Assembly (NCBI RefSeq): GCF_009914755.1
Contig: NC_060948.1
DNA: 64,000 bases
Reading direction: 5' to 3' (one strand)
Source of the DNA: the human T2T-CHM13v2.0 reference genome, Homo sapiens
A program made the translations under genes and the position numbers. Positions 12,501 to 27,500 of this stretch are shown in pieces (position 1 is the first letter of the stretch; the number at the start of each line of letters is the position of its first letter). A model generated the notes under the pieces. The model ran no database searches and was not told the origin of the DNA. It was given only the letters and a program-made list of their open reading frames with translations.

Positions 12501-15500
12501 CTGGAGTGGAGTAGATTGCAGTGCATTGGACTGTAGGGGATAGAAGTGGCTTGGAGTCCATAGGAGTGGAGTGGAATGGAATGGAATGGACTGGAATGGA
12601 CTGGAACGGAATGGAATGGAATGGATTTAAATGGCAGGGAATCAAATCGAATTGAATCATATTGAATCAAGTCGAATCGAGTGGAGGAAAGAAATCGAAT
12701 GAAATCGAATGGAATGAATTGAATGGAGTCGAATGTCAACCATGGAATCGAAAGTAATGTGGTAAAGTGGAGTGGAGTGTTATGGAGTGGAATGGAATGG
12801 GGTGACATGGAATTGAATACAGTGGAGAGGAGTGGAGTGGATTGGGCTAGAGTGGAACGGAAAGGGAAGGAATGGAACTGAATGGAGTGGAGTGGAATGG
12901 AGTGGAATGGAATGGAATGGAATGGAATGGAATGGAACGGAATGGAGTGGAATGGAATCGAATCACATGGAACTGAATGAAACCGAATTGAATGAAATTG
13001 AATGGAGAAAATGGAATCAAATGGAATCAAATCGAACGGATTCGAATGTCATTGAATGGAATCGAAAGGAATGCAGTGAGGTGGGGTTGAGTGGAATGGA
13101 GTGGAATGGAATGGGATGAATGGAATTGAATGGAGTGGAGTGGAATGGAATGGAATGGAAAGGACTGGAATTGAACAAAATGGAGTGTAGTAGAATGGAG
13201 TGGATTGGAGTGGAGTGCAGGGGAGTGCAGTGGAATGAAGAGGAGTGTAGTTGAATGGAATGGAATGTATGGAATGTACTGGAATAGAATGGATAAGAAT
13301 GGAATGGAATGGAATCGCATGGAATTGAATAGATTCAAATCGAATTGAATAGAATCAAATGGAAAAAATGGAGTCAAATGGAATCGAATGGCATAGAATC
13401 GAACGGTTTTGAATGTCAGTGAATGGAAACGAATGGAATGCGATGAAATGGAGCGCAGTGGAGTGGAAAGGAGTGCAATGGAATAGGGTGGAACTGAATT
13501 TAATGGAACAGAGTGGATTGGAGTGGACTGGAGTGGAATGGAATGGGAAGGAATGGGATTGAAAGGAGTGGCGTGCAGTGGAGTGGAGTGGCATGGAGTG
13601 GAGTGGAGTGGAATGGAGTGGAATGGAATGGAGTGGAATGGAGTGGATTGGAATGGAATGGAGTGCAGAGGAATGGAATGGAATGGTATAGAGTGGACAG
13701 GAATGGAGTGGAGCGGATTGGAATGGAATGGAATGGAACTGAATGGACTGGAATGGAATGGAATAGAATGGAATCACAGGGAATCAAATTGGATTGAATC
13801 GAATCGAATGGAAAAAATGAAATCAAATGAAATTGAATGGAATCGAAATGAATGTAAACAATGGAATCCAATGGAATCCAATGGAATCGAATCAGATGGT
13901 TTTGAATGGCGTAAAATGAGATCGCAAGGAAGGCAGTGAATTGGAGTGGAGTGGAATAGAGAGGAATGAATTGGAATGGAGTGGAGTGGAATGGAGTGGA
14001 TTCCAGTGGAGTGGAGTGGATTGGATTTTAATGGAATGGAATAGACTGGATTGGAGTGGCGTAGAGTGCAGTGGATTGGAGTGGAGAGGAATGGAGTGGA
14101 GTGAAGTCGAGTTGAGTGGAATGGAATGGAGTGGAGCAGAGTGGAATGCAAAAGAATGAAGTGGATTGGTGTGGAATGGAATGGCGTGGAATGGAGTGGA
14201 ATAGAATGGAATGGAATCGCATGGAAGGATATCAAATCAAATGGAATCGAAGGAAAATTATGAATCCAATGGAATCGAAAGGATTCCAAAGGAACGGATT
14301 CGAAAGGCCTTTAATGGAATGGAAAGGTATGCAGTGAAGTGGAGTGGAGTGGAGTGGATTGTTTTAGAGTGAAATGGGGTGGATTGGAACACTATGTGGT
14401 GGAGTGGAGTGTAGTGGATCGGAGTGGAGTGCCGTGGAGTGGACTAGAGTGGGGTGGAGTGGAGTGCATTGGAGTGGAATGGAGTGGAGTGGGGTGGAAT
14501 GGAATGGAATGGCATCAAATGGCATGGTAATGAATCAAATGGAATCAAATGGAATGAAATAATGGAATCGAAGGCAAACGAATGGAATCGAATTGCACTG
14601 ATTCTACTGACTTCGAAGAAAATGAAATGAAATGCGGTGAAGTGGAGTGGAGTGGAATGTATTAGGGTGGAATGGAATTGAATGGTGTGGAGTGGAGTGG
14701 AGTGCCCAGGAGTGGAATGGGAAGAAATGGAATTGAACGGAGTGGAGTGGAGTGTAATGGAGGGTAATGGAGTGGAATGGAGTGGAGTGGAGTAGAGTGG
14801 AATGGGTTGGAGTGGAATGCAGAGGACAGGAGTGGAGTGTGGTGGACTGGAGTGGAGTGGAGTTGAGTGGAGTGGATTGGATTGAAATAGAGCGGAGCAG
14901 AGTGGAATGGAATTGAATCACATGGTACTGAATCAAATCGAATGGAATTAAATCGAATGAAAAAACGGAATCAAAAGCAAACGAATGGAGTCAAACCACA
15001 TTGGTTAGACTGACATCGAATAATATCAAAAGAAATGTGGTGAAGTGGAGTGGAGTGTAATGAAATGGGGTGGAATGAAATTGAATGGAGTGGAGTAGAG
15101 TGGAGTCTACTGGAGTGGAATGGAATGGAATGGAAAGGAATGGAATAGAATGGAGTGAAGTGCAGTGCAGTGAAATGGAGTGGAAAGGAATGGAATGGAA
15201 AGAATTGAATCAAATGGAATCGAAGTGAATCGAATCTAATGAAATTGAACGCAAAAAATGGAATGAGTAGAATCGAAAAAGATGGATTCAAATGGCAACA
15301 AATAAAATTGAATGGAATGCGGTGAGGTGGAGGGGATTGGAATGGAGTTGAATGGAATGGGGTGTAATTGAATTGAATGGAGTGGAGTGGAGTGAACTGG
15401 AGTGGAATGGAATGGAATGGGCAGGCATGGAATTGAAAGGCGTGGAGTGGAGTGGAATTGAGAGGAGTGGAATGGAGTAGGGTGGATTGTGGTGGAGAAT

Positions 15501-18500
15501 ATTGGAAAAGAGTGGAGTGGAATGGAATGGAATGGAGTGGAGTGGAATGGAATGGAATGGAATTGAGTGAAGTGGAGTGTAGTGGAATGGAGAGTAATGG
15601 AGTGGAGTGGACTGGAGTGGAGTAGATTGCAGTGCATTGGACTGTAGGGGATAGAAGTGGCTTGGACTCCATAGGAGTGGAGTGGAATGGAATGGAATGG
15701 AGTGGAATGGACTGGAACGGAATGGAATGGAATGGATTTAAATGGCAGGGAATCAAATCGAATTGAATCATATTGAATCAAGTCGAATCGAGTGGAGGAA
15801 AGAAATCGAATGAAATCGAATGGAATGAATTGAATGGAGTCGAATGTCAACCATGGAATCGAAAGTAATGTGGTAAAGTGGAGTGGAGTGTTATGGAGTG
15901 GAATGGAATGGGGTGACATGGAATTGAATACAGTGGAGAGGAGTGGAGAGGATTGGGCTAGAGTGGAACGGAAAGGGAAGGAATGGAACTGAATGGAGTG
16001 GAGTGGAATGGAGTGGAATGGAATGGAATGGAATGGAATGGAATGGAATGGAATGGAATGGAACGGAATGGAGTGGAATGGAATCGAATCACATGGAACT
16101 GAATGAAACCGAATTGAATGAAATTGAATGGAGAAAATGGAATCAAATGGAATCAAATCGAACGGATTCGAATGTCATTGAATGGAATCGAAAGGAATGC
16201 AGTGAGGTGGGGTTGAGTGGAATGGAGTGGAATGGAATGGGATGAATGGAATTGAATGGAGTGGAGTGGAATGGAATGGAATGGAAAGGAATGGAATTGA
16301 ACAACATGGAGTGTAGTAGAATGGAGTGGATTGGAGTGGAGTGCAGGGGAGTGCAGTGGAATGAAGAGGAGTGTAGTTGAATGGAATGGAATGTATGGAA
16401 TGTACTGGAATAGAATGGATAAGAATGGAATGGAATGGAATCGCATGGAATTGAATAGAATCAAATCGAATTGAATAGAATCAAATGGAAGAAATGGAGT
16501 CAAATGGAATCGAAAGGCATAGAATCGAACGGTTTTGAATGGCAGTGAATGGAAACGAATGGAATGCGGTGAAGTGGAGCAGAGTGGAGTGGAAAGGAGT
16601 GCAATGGAATAGGGTGGAACTGAATTTAATGGAAGAGAGTGGATTGGAGTGGACTGGAGTGTAATAGAATGTGAAGGAATGGGATTGAAAGGAGTGGCGT
16701 GTAGTGGAGTGGAGTGGCATGGAGTGGAGTGGAGTGGAATGGAGTGGAATGGAATGGAGTGGAATGGAGTGGATTGGAATGGAATGGAGTGCAGAGGAAT
16801 GGAATGGAATGGTATAGAGTGGACAGGAATGGAGTGGAGCGGATTGGAATGGAATGGAATGGAATGGAATGGAACTGAATGGAGTGGAATGGAATGGAAT
16901 AGAATGGAATCACAGAGAATCAAATTGGATTGAATCGAATCGAATGGAAAAAATGAAATCAAATGAAATTGAATGGTATCGAAATGAATGGAAACAATGG
17001 AATCCAATGGAATCCAATGGAATCGAATCAAATGGTTTTGAATGGCGTAAAATGAAATCGCAAGGAAGGCAGTGAATTGGAGTGGAGTCGAATAGAGAGG
17101 AATGAATTGGAATGGAGTGGAGTGGAATGGAGAGGATTCCAGTGGAGTGGAGTGGATTGGATTTTAATGGAATGGAATAGACTGGATTGGAGTGGTGTAG
17201 AGTGCAGTGGATTGGAGTGGAGAGGAATGGAGTGGAGTGAAGTCGAGTTGAGTGGAATGGAATGGAGTGGAGCAGAGTGGAATGCAAAAGAATGAAGTGG
17301 ATTGGTGTGGAATGGAATGGCGTGCAATGGAGTGTAATAGAATGGAATGGAATCGCATGGAAGGATATCAAATCCAATGGAATCGAACGAAAATTATGAA
17401 TCCAATGGAATCGAAAGGATTCCAAAGGAACGGATTCGAAAGGCATTTAATGTAATGGAAAGGTATGCAGTGAAGTGGAGTGGAGTGGAATGGATTGTTT
17501 TAGAGTGAAATGGGGTGGATTGGAACACTATGAGGTGGAGTGGAGTGTAGTGGATCGGAGTGGAGTGCCGTGGAGTGGACTAGAGTGGGGTGGAGTGGAG
17601 TGCATTGGAGTGGAATGGAGTGGAGTGGGGTGGAATGGAATGGAATGGCATCAAATCGCATGGTAATGAATCAAATGGAATGAAATAATGGAATTGAAGG
17701 CAAACGAATGGAATCGAATTGCACTGATTCTACTGACTTCGAAGAAAATGAAATGAAATGTGGTGAAGTGGAGTGGAGTGGAATGTATTAGGGTGGAATG
17801 GAATTGAATGGTGTGGAGTGGAGTGGAGTGCCCAGGAGTGGAATGGGAAGAAATGGAATTGAACGGAGTGGAGTGGAGTGGAATGGAGGGTAATGGAGTG
17901 GAATGGAGTGGAATGGAGTAGAGTGGAATGGGTTGGAGTGGAATGCAGAGGACAGGAGTGGAGTGTGGTGGACTGGAGTGGAGTGGAGTTGAGTGGAGTG
18001 GATTGGATTGAAATAGAGCGGAGCAGAGTGGAATGGAATTGAATCACATGGTACTGAATCAAATCGCATGGAATTAAATCGAATGAAAAAACGGAATCAA
18101 AAGCAAACGAATGGAGTCAAACCACATTGGTTAGACTGACATCGAATAATATCAAAAGAAATGTGGTGAAGTGGAGTGGAGTGTAATGAAATGGGGTGGA
18201 ATGAAATTGAATGTAGTGGAGTGGAGTCTACTGGAGTGGAATGGAATGGAATGGAAAGGAATGGAATAGAATGGAGTGAAGTGCAGTGCAGTGAAATGGA
18301 GTGGAAAGGAATGGAATGGAAAGAATTGAATCAAATGGAATCGAAGTGAATCGAATCTAATGAAATTGAACGCAAAACATGGAATGAGTAGAATCGAAAA
18401 AGATGGATTCAAATGGCAACAAATAAAATTGAATGGAATGCGGTGAGGTGGAGGGGATTGGAATGGAGTTGAATGGAATGGGGTGTAATTGAATTGAATG

Positions 18501-21500
18501 GAGTGGAGTGGAGTGAACTGGAGTGCAATGGAATAGAATGGGTAGGCATGGAATTGAAAGGCGTGGAGTGGAGTGGAAATGGGAGGAGTGGAATGGAGTA
18601 GGGTGGATTGTGGTGGAGAATATTGGAAAAGAGTGGAGTGGAATGGAATGGAATGGAGTGGAGAGGAATGGAATGGAATTGAGTGAAGTGGAGTGTAGTT
18701 TAATGGAGAGTAATGGAGTGGAGTGGACTGGAGTGGAGTAGATTGCAGTGCATTGGACTGTAGGGGATAGAAGTGGCTTGGAGTCCATAGGAGTGGAGTG
18801 GAATGGAATGGAATGGAGAGGAATGGACTGGAACGGAATGGAATGGAATGGATTTAAATGGCAGGGAATCAAATCGAATTGAATCATATTGAATCAAGTC
18901 GAATCGAGTGGAGGAAAGAAATCGAATGAAATCGAATGGAATGAATTGAATGGAGTCGAATGTCAACCATGGAATCGAAAGTAATGTGGTAAAGTGGAGT
19001 GGAGTGTTATGGAGTGGAATAGAATGGGGTGACATGGAATTGACTACAGTGGAGAGGAGTGGAGTGGATTGGGCTAGAGTGGAACGGAAAGGGAAGGAAT
19101 GGAACTGAATGGAGTGGAGTGGAATGGAGTGGAATGGAATTGAATGGAATGGAATGGAACGGAATGGAGTGGAATGGAATCGAATCACATGGAACTGAAT
19201 GAAACGAATTGAATGAAATTGAATGGAGAAAATGGAATCAAATGGAATCAAATCGAATGGATTCGAATGTCATTGAATGGAATCGAAAGGAATGCAGTGA
19301 GGTGGGGTTGAGTGGAATGGAGTGGAATGGAATGGGATGAATGGAATTGAATGGAGTGGAGTGGAATGGAATGGAATGGAAAGGAATGGAATTGAACAAA
19401 ATGGAGTGTAGTAGAATGGAGTGGATTGGAGTGGAGTGCAGGGGAGTGCAGTGGAATGAAGAGGAGTGTAGTTGAATGGAATGGAATGTATGGAACGTAC
19501 TGGAATAGAATGGATAAGAATGGAATGGAATGGAATCGCATGGAATTGAATAGAATCAAATCGAATTGAATAGAATCAAATGGAAAAAATGGAGTCAAAT
19601 GGAATCGAATGGCATAGAATCGAACGGTTTTGAATGGCAGTGAATGGAAACGAATGGAATGCGATGAAGTGGAGCAGAGTGGAGTGGAAAGGAGTGCAAT
19701 GGAATAGGGTGGAACTGAATTTAATGGAACAGAGTGGATTGGAGTGGACTGGAGTGGAAAGGAATGGGAAGGAATGGGATTGAAAGGAGTGGCGTGCAGT
19801 GGAGTGGAGTGGCATGGAGTGGAGTGGAGTGGAATGGAGTGGAATGGAATGGAGTGGAATGGAGTGGATTGGAATGGAATGGAGTGCAGAGGAATGGAAT
19901 GGAATGGTATAGAGTGGACAGGAATGGAGTGGAGCGGACTGGAATGGAATGGTATGGAACAGAATGGACTGGAATGGAATGGAATAGAATGGAATCACAG
20001 GGAATCAAATTGGATTGAATCGAATCGAATGGAAAAAATGAAATCAAATGAAATTGAATGGAATCGAAATGAATGTAAACAATGGAATCCAATGGAATCG
20101 AATCAAATGGATTTGAATGGCGTAAAATGAAATCGCAAGGAAGGCAGTGAATTGGAGTGGAGTGGAATAGAGAGGAATGAATTGGAATGGAGTGGAGTGG
20201 AATGGAGTGGATTCCAGTGGAGTGGAGTGGAATGGATTTTAATGGAAAGGAATAGACTGGATTGCAGTGGTGTAGAGTGCAGTGGATTGGAGTGGAGAGG
20301 AATGGAGTGGAGTGAAGTCGAGTTGAGTGAAATGGAATGGAGTGGAGCAGAGTGGAATGGAAAAGAATGAAGTGGATTGGTGTGGAATGGAATGGCGTAT
20401 AATGGAGTGGAATAGAATGGAATGGAATCGCATGGAAGGATATCAAATCAAATGGAATCGAACGAAAATTATGAATCCAATGGAATCGAAAGGATTCCAA
20501 AGGAAAGGATTCGAAAGGCATTTAATGGAATGGAAAGGTATGCAGTGAAGTGGAGTGGAGTGGAGTGGATTGTTTTAGAGTGAAATGGGGTGGATTGGAA
20601 CACTATGTGGTGGAGTGGAGTGTAGTGGATCGGAGTGGAGTGCCGTGGAGTGGACTAGAGTGGGGTGGAGTGGAATGCATTGGAGTGGAATGGAGTGGAG
20701 TGGGGTGGAATGGAAGGGAATGGCATCAAATCGCATGGTAATGAATCAAATGGAATGAAATGATGGAATCGAAGGCAAACGAATGGAATCCAATTTCACT
20801 GATTCTACTGACTTCGAAGAAAATGAAATGAAATGCGGTGAAGTGGAGTGGAGTGGAATGTATTAGGGTGGAATGGAATTGAATGGTGTGGAATGGAGTG
20901 GAGTGCCCAGGAGTGGAATGGGAAGAAATGGAATTGAACGGAGTGGAGTGGAGTGGAATGGAGGGTAACGGAGTTGAATGGAGTGGAGTGGAGTAGAGTG
21001 GAATGGGTTGGAGTGGAATGCAGAGGACAGGAGTGGAGTGAGGTGGACTGGAGTGGAGTGGAGTTGAGTGGAGTGGATTGGATTGAAATAGAGCGGAGCA
21101 GAGTGGAATGGAATTGAATCACATGATACTGAATCAAATCGAATGGAATTAAATCGAATGAAAAAACGGAATCAAAAGCAAACGAATGGAGTCAAACCAC
21201 ATTGGTTAGACTGACATCTAATAATATCAAAAGAAATGTGGTGAAGTGCAGTGGAGTGTAATGAAATGGGGTGGAATGAAATTGAATGGAGTGGAGTGGA
21301 GTGGAGTCTACTGGAGTGGAATGGAATGGAAAGGAATGGAATAGAATGGAGTGAAGTGCAGTGCAGTGAAATGGAGTGGAAAGGAATGGAATGGAAAGAA
21401 TTGAATCAAATGGAATCGAAGTGAATCGAATCTAATGAAATTGAATGCAAAAAAAGGAATGAGTAGAATCGAAAAAGATGGATTCAAATGGCAACAAATA

Positions 21501-24500
21501 AAATTGAATGGAATGCGGTGAGGTGCAGGAGATTGGAATGGAGTTGAATGGAATGGGGTGTAATTGAATTGAATGGAGTGGAGTGGCGTGAACTGGAGTG
21601 GAATGGAATGGAATGGGCAGGCATGGAATTGAAAGGCGTGGAGTGGAGTGGAATTGAGAGGAGTGGAATGGAGTAGGGTGGATTGTGGTGGAGAATATTG
21701 GAAAAGAGTGGAGTGGAATGGAATGGAATGGAGTGGAGTGGAATGGAATGGAATTGAGTGAAGTGGAGTGTAGTGGAATGGAGATTAATGGAGTGGAGTG
21801 GACTGGAGTGGAGTAGATTGCAGTGCATTGGGCTGTAGGGGATAGAAGTGGCTTGGAGTCCATAGGAGTGGAGTGGAATGGAATGGAATGGAGTGGAATG
21901 GACTGGAACGGAATGGAATGGAATGGATTTAAATGGCAGGGAATCAAATCGAATTGAATCATATTGAATCAAGTCGAATCGAGTGGAGGAAAGAAATCGA
22001 ATGAAATCGAATGGAATGAATTGAATGGGGTCGAATGTCAACCATGGAATCGAAAGCAATGTGGTAAAGTGGAATGGAGTGTTATGGAGTGGAATGGAAT
22101 GGGGTGACATGGAATTGAATACAGTGGAGAGGATTGGAGTGGATTTGGATAGAGTGGAACGGAAAGGGAAGGAATGGAACTGAATGGAGTGGAGTGGAAT
22201 GGAGAGGAATGGAATGGAATGGAATGGAATGGAATGGAATGGAATGTAATGGAACGGAATGGAGTGGTATGGAATCAAATCACATGGAACTGAATGAAAC
22301 CGAATTGAATGAAATTGAATGGAGAAAATGGAATCAAATGGAATCAAATCGAAGGGATTCGAATGTCATTGAATGGAATCGAAAGGAATGCAGTGAGGTG
22401 GGGTGGAGTGGAATGGAGTGGAATGGAATGGGATGAATGGAATTGAATGGAGTGGAGTGGAATGGAATGGAATGCAAAGGAATGGAATTGAACAAAATGG
22501 AGTGAAGTAGAACGGAGTGGATTGGAGTGGAGTGCAGAGGAATGCAGTGGAATGAAGAGGAGTGTAGTTGAATGGAATGGAATGTATGGAATGTTCTGGA
22601 ATAGAATGGATAAGAATGGAATGGAATGGAATTGCATGGAATTGAATAGAATGAAATCGAATTGAAAAGAATCAAATGGAAAAAATGGAGTCAAATGGAA
22701 TCGAATGGCATAGAATCGAACGGTTTTGAATGGCAGTGAATGGAAACGAATGGAATGCGATGAAGTGGAGCAGAGTGGAGTGGAAAGGAGTGCAATGGAA
22801 TAGGGTGGAACTGAATTTAATGGAACAGAGTGGATTGGAGTGGACTGGAGTGGAATGGAATGGGAAGGAATGGGATTGAAAGGAGTGGCGTGCAGTGGAG
22901 TGGAGTGGCATGGAGTGGAGTGGAGTGGAATGGAGTGGAATGGAATGGAGTGGAATGGAGTGTATTGGAATGGAATGGAGTGCAGAGGAATGGAATGGAA
23001 TGGTATAGAGTGGACAGGAATGGAGTGGAGCGGATTGGAATGGAATGGAATGGAATGGAATGGAACTGAATGGACTGGAACGGAATGGAATAGAATGGAA
23101 TCACAGGGAATCAAATTGGATTGAATCGAATCGAATGGAAAAAATGAAATCAAATGAAATTGAATGGAATCGAAATGAATGTAAACAATGGAATCCAATG
23201 GAATCCAATGGAATCGAATCAAATGGTTTTGAATGGCGTAAAATGAAATCTCATGGAAGACCGTGAATTGGAGTAGAGTGGAATAGAGAGGAATGAATTG
23301 GAATGGAGTGGAGTGGAATGGAGTGGATTCCAGTGGAGTGGAGTGGATTGGATTGGAATGGAATGGAATAGACTGGATTGGAGTGGTGTAGAGTGCAGTG
23401 GATTGGGGAGGAGAGGAATGGAGTGGCGTGAAGTCGAGTTGAGTGGAATGGAATGGAGTGGAGCAGAGTGGAATGCAAAAGAATGAAGTGGATTGGTGTG
23501 GAATGGAATGGCGTGGAATGGAGTGGAATAGAATGGAATGGAATCGCATGGAAGGATATCAAATCCAATGGAATCGAACGAAAATTATGAATCCAAAGGA
23601 ATCGAAAGCATTCCAAAGGAACGGATTCGAAAGGCATTTAATGGAATAGAAAGGTATGCAGTGAAGTGGAGTGGAGTGGATTGTTTTAGAGTGAAATGGG
23701 GTGGATTGGAACACTATGTGGTGGAGTGGAGTGTAGTGGATCGGAGTGGAGTGCCGTGGAGTGGACTAGAGTGGGGTGTAGTGGAGTGCATTGGAGTGGA
23801 ATGGAGTGGTCTGGGGTGGAATGGAATGGAATGGCATCAAATCGCATGGTAATGAATCAAATGGAATCAAATGGAATGAAATAATGGAATCGAAGGCAAA
23901 CGAATGGAATCGAATTGCACTGATTCTACTGACTTCGAACAAAATGAAATGAAATGCGGTGAAGTGGAGTGGAGTGGAATGTATTAGGGTGGAATGGAAT
24001 TGAATGGTGTGGAGTGGAGTGGAGTGCCCAGGAGTGGAATGGGAAGAAATGGAATTGAACGGAGTGGAGTGGAGTGGAATGGAGGGTAATGGAGTGGAAT
24101 GGAGTGGAGTGGAGTAGAGTGGAATGGGTTGGAGTGGAATGCAGAGGACAGGAGTGGAGTGTGGTGGACTGGAGTGGAGTGGAGTTGAGTGGAGTGGATT
24201 GGATTGAAATAGAGCGGAGCAGAGTGGAATGGAATTGAATCACATGGTACTGAATCAAATCGAATGGAATTAAATCGAATGAAAAACGGAATCAAAAGCA
24301 AACGAATGGAGTCAAACCACATTGGTTAGACTGACATCGAATAATATCAAAAGAAATGTGGTGAAGGTGAGTGGAGTGTAATGAAATGGGGTGGAATGAA
24401 ATTGAATGGAGTGGAGTGGAGTGGAGTCTACTGGAGTGGAATGGAATGGAATGGAAAGGAATGGAATAGAATGGAGTGAAGTGCAGTGCAGTGAAATGGA

Positions 24501-27500
24501 GTGGAAAGGAATGGAAAGGAATGAATTGAATCAAATGGAATCGAAGTGAATCGAATCTAATGAAATTGAATGCAAAACAGGGAATGAGTAGAATCGAAAA
24601 AGATGGTTTCAAATGGCAACAAATAAAATTGAATGGAATGCGGTGAGGTGGAGGGGATTGGAATGGAGTTGAATGGAATGGGGTGTAATTGAATTGAATG
24701 GAGTGTAGTGGAGTGAACTGGAGTTCAATGGAATGGAATGGGCAGGCATGGAATTGAAAGGCGTGGAGTGGAGTGGAATTGAGAGGAGTGGAATGGAGTA
24801 GGGTGGATTGTGGTGGAGAATATTGGAAAAGAGTGGAGTGGAATGGAATGGAATGGAGTGGAGTGGAATGGAATGGAATTGAGTGAAGTGGAGTGTAGTG
24901 GAATGGAGAGTAATGGAGTGGAGTGGACTGGAGTGGAGTAGATTGCAGTGCATTGGACTGTAGGGGATTGAAGTGGCTTGGAGTCCATAGGAGTGGAGTG
25001 GAATGGAATGGAATGGAGTGGAATGGACTGGAACGGAATGGAATGGAATGGATTTAAATGGCAGGGAATCAAATCGAATTGAATCATATTGAATCAAGTC
25101 GAATCGAGTGGAGGAAAGAAATCGAATGAAATCGAATGGAATGAATTGAATGGAGTCGAATGTCAACCATGGAATCGAAAGTAATGTGGTAAAGTGGAGT
25201 GGAGTGTTATGGAGTGGAATGGAATGGGGTGACATGGAATTGAATACAGTGGAGAGGAGTGGAGTGGATTGGGCTAGAGTGGAACGGAAAGGGAAGGAAT
25301 GGAACTGAATGGAGTGGAGTGGAATGGAATGGAATGGAATGGAATGGAATGGAACGGAATGGAGTGGAATGGAATCGAATCACATGGAACTGAATGAAAC
25401 CGAATTGAATGAAATTGAATGGAGAAAATGGAATCAAACGGAATCAAATCGAACGGATTCGAATGTCATTGAATGGAATCGAAAGGAATGCAGTGAGCTG
25501 GGGTTGAGTGGAATGGAGTGGAATGGAATGGGATGAATGGAATTGAATGGAGTGGAGTGGAATGGAATGGAATGGAAAGGAATGGAATTGAACAAAATGG
25601 AGTGTAGTAGAATGGAGTGGATTGGAGTGGAGTGCAGGTGAGTGCAGTGGAATGAAGAGGAGTGTAGTTGAATGGAATGGAATGTATGGAATGTACTGGA
25701 ATAGAATGGATAAGAATGGAATGGAATGGAATCGCATGGAATTGAATAGAATCAAATCGAATTGAATAGAATCAAATGGAAAAAATGGTGTCAAATGGAA
25801 TCGAATGGCATAGAATCGAACGGTTTTGAATGGCAGTGAATGGAAACGAATGGAATGCGATGAAGTGGAGCAGAGTGGAGTGGAAAGGAGTGCAGTGGAA
25901 TAGGGTGGAACTGAATTTAATGGAACAGAGTGGATTGGGGTGGACTGGAGTGGAATAGAATGGGAAGGAATGGGATTGAAAGGAGTGGCGTGCAGTGGAG
26001 TGGAGTGGCATGGAGTGGAGTGGAGTGGAATGGAGTGGAATGGAATGGAGTGGAATGGAGTGGATTGGAATGGAATGGAGTGGAGAGGAATGGAATAGAA
26101 TGGTATAGAGTGGACAGGAATGGAGTGGAGGGGATTGTAATGGAATGGAATGGAATGGAATGGAATGGAACTGAAAGGACTGGAATGGAATGGAATAGAA
26201 TGGAATCACAGGGAATCAAATTGGATTGAATCGAATCGAATGGAAAAAATGAAATCAAATGAAATTGAATGGAATAGAAATGAATGTAAACAATGGAATC
26301 CAATGGAATCCTATGGAATCGAATCAAATGGTTTTGAATGGCGTAAAATGAAATCGCAAGGAAGGCAGTGAATTGGAGTGGAGTGGAATAGAGAGGAATG
26401 AAATGGAATGGAGTGGAGTGGAATGGAGTGGATTCCAGTGGAGTGGAGTGGATTGGATTTTAATGGAATGGAATAGACTGGATTGGAGTGGTGTAGAGTG
26501 CAGTGGATTGGAGTGGAGAGGAATGGAGTGGAGTGAAGTCGAGTTGAGTGGAATGGAATGGAGTGGAGCAGAGTGGAATGCAAAAGAATGAAGTGGATTG
26601 GTGTGGAATGGAATGGCGTGGAATGGAGTGGGATAGAATGCAATGGAATCGCATGGAAGGATATCAAATCAAATGGAATCGAACGAAAATTATGAATCAA
26701 ATGGAAGCGAAAGGATTCCAAAGGAACGGATTCGAAAGGCATTTAATGGAATGGAAAGGTATGCAGTGAAGTGGAGTGGAGTGGAGTGGATTGTTTTAGA
26801 GTGAAATGATGTGGATTGGAATACTATGTGGTGGAGTGGAGTGTAGTGGATCGGAGTGGAGTGCCGTGGAGTGGACTAGAGTGGGGTGGAGTGGAGTGCA
26901 TTGGAGTGGAATGGAGTGGAGTGGGGTGGAATTGAATGGAATGGCATGAAATCGCATGGTAATGAATCAAATGGAATGAAATAATGGAATCGAAGGCAAA
27001 CGAATGGAATCGAATTGCAATGATTCTACTGACTTCGAACAAAATGAAATGAAATGCGGTGAAGTGGAGTGGAGTGGAATGTATTAGGGTGGAATGGAAT
27101 TGAATGGTGTGGAGTTGAGTGGAGTGCCCAGGAGTGGAATGGGAAGAAATGGAATTGAACGGAGTGGAGTGGAGTGGAATGGAGGGTAATGGAGTGGAAT
27201 GGAGTGGAGTGGAGTAGAGTGGAATGGGTTGGAGTGGAATGCAGAGGACAGGAGTGGAGTGTGGTGGACTGGAGTGGAGTGGAGTTGAGTGGAGTGGATT
27301 GGATTGAAATAGAGCGGAGCAGAGTGGAATGGAATTGAATCACATGGTACTGAATCAAATCGAATGGAATTGAATCGAATGAAAAAACGGAATCAAAAGC
27401 AAACGAATGGAGTCAAACCACATTGGTTAGACTGACATCGAATAATATCAAAAGAAATGTGGTGAAGTGGAGTGGAGTGTAATGAAATGGGGTGGAATGA

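Noticed and set aside
22344-23549. Long minus-strand ORFs (up to 401 aa) rich in HSIPF/HSTPL
   Set aside because: (CATTC/CACTC)n has no stop codon in any frame, so long ORFs are expected. They overlap in several frames, change length between units and show no domain content.
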